From: Thermoplasmata archaeon
GTDB taxonomy: Archaea; Thermoplasmatota; Thermoplasmata; Lutacidiplasmatales; UBA184
Reading direction: 5' to 3'
Assembly (NCBI GenBank): GCA_022749935.1
Contig: JAKIWQ010000004.1
Coordinates: 2,286 to 66,285, forward strand
Length of the DNA: 64,000 nucleotides
Shown: positions 63,832 to 64,000 of the stretch, piece after piece
Numbering within the stretch: position 1 is the stretch's first letter
Layout: each line of letters begins with the position of its first letter
Notes under the pieces: generated by a model
The model's database searches: none
Told to the model about the DNA's origin: nothing
The model's input: only the letters and a program-made list of their open reading frames with translations
Position numbers and translations under genes: made by a program

Positions 63832-64000
63832 GAAGCCTCCGTGACGTCGGTCAGCAGCTCCGCTTCGGCCCGTTCGGCGGCGTCGAGCGAACACTTCTTC
63901 GCCGTCACTCGGCCGTTCTTCGCCAGCCGGGCGCTCAGTTTCCCGGAACGGTCGTCCAGGAGTCGCTGCATCTGGTGCACGAGGGCGCCGGGCGCGTCGG
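63828..64000 (-). CDS. 3-prime end of an unidentified gene (partial, runs off the window)
   Basis: An open frame ...LLDDRSGKLSARLAKNGRVTAKKCSLDAAERAEAELLTDVTEAS ends at the stop 63828-63830. Too little sequence to identify. Confidence 0.25.
   Translation of the reverse strand, partial: DAPGALVHQMQRLLDDRSGKLSARLAKNGRVTAKKCSLDAAERAEAELLTDVTEAS

Overview
The window is very GC-rich archaeal chromosome, with AT-rich islands only at promoters. The archaeal assignment rests on a DNA polymerase D large subunit, RadA, the L7Ae-S28e-L24e ribosomal cluster, PurP, type-2 methionine aminopeptidase and class III (pilin/archaellin-type) signal peptides. A high-GC euryarchaeon such as a Thermoplasmata-like lineage is a guess. 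Coding density is high. Most genes are housekeeping: RNase Z; hutI and hutH; a class II B12 ribonucleotide reductase; nadA and nadC; gcvT; purP, purH and purC; PolX; PolD DP2; ftsZ; mutY; radA; malic enzyme; map; ndk; tsaC; and ribosomal proteins. Accessory content includes a MarR-MFS efflux pair with a perfect AT-rich operator palindrome, and a three-subunit molybdenum hydroxylase (xanthine-dehydrogenase family) operon chained to purP and gcvT. There is a nickel superoxide dismutase (sodN) with its SodX-type maturation peptidase, which is translationally coupled to a molybdate/tungstate-type ABC transporter and a ModE-like regulator. A Cas4-family nuclease, apparently split by a frameshift, sits with a SAM methyltransferase inside the otherwise conserved rpl7ae-rps28e-rpl24e-ndk cluster. 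A tRNA-Arg(TCG) has clean acceptor pairing but about 26 extra nucleotides in the T-arm, which I read as a non-canonical intron. Two large N-glycosylation-rich surface proteins are present; one has seven tandem Ig-like repeats. There is a STAND NTPase-TPR protein, and several coupled pairs of uncharacterised genes. Many gene junctions use 4-nt GTGA/ATGA stop-start overlaps, and many genes appear leaderless with a TATA box about 25-30 nt upstream. I found no rRNA, CRISPR array, transposase or integrase. The many long ORFs antisense to real genes are high-GC artefacts.
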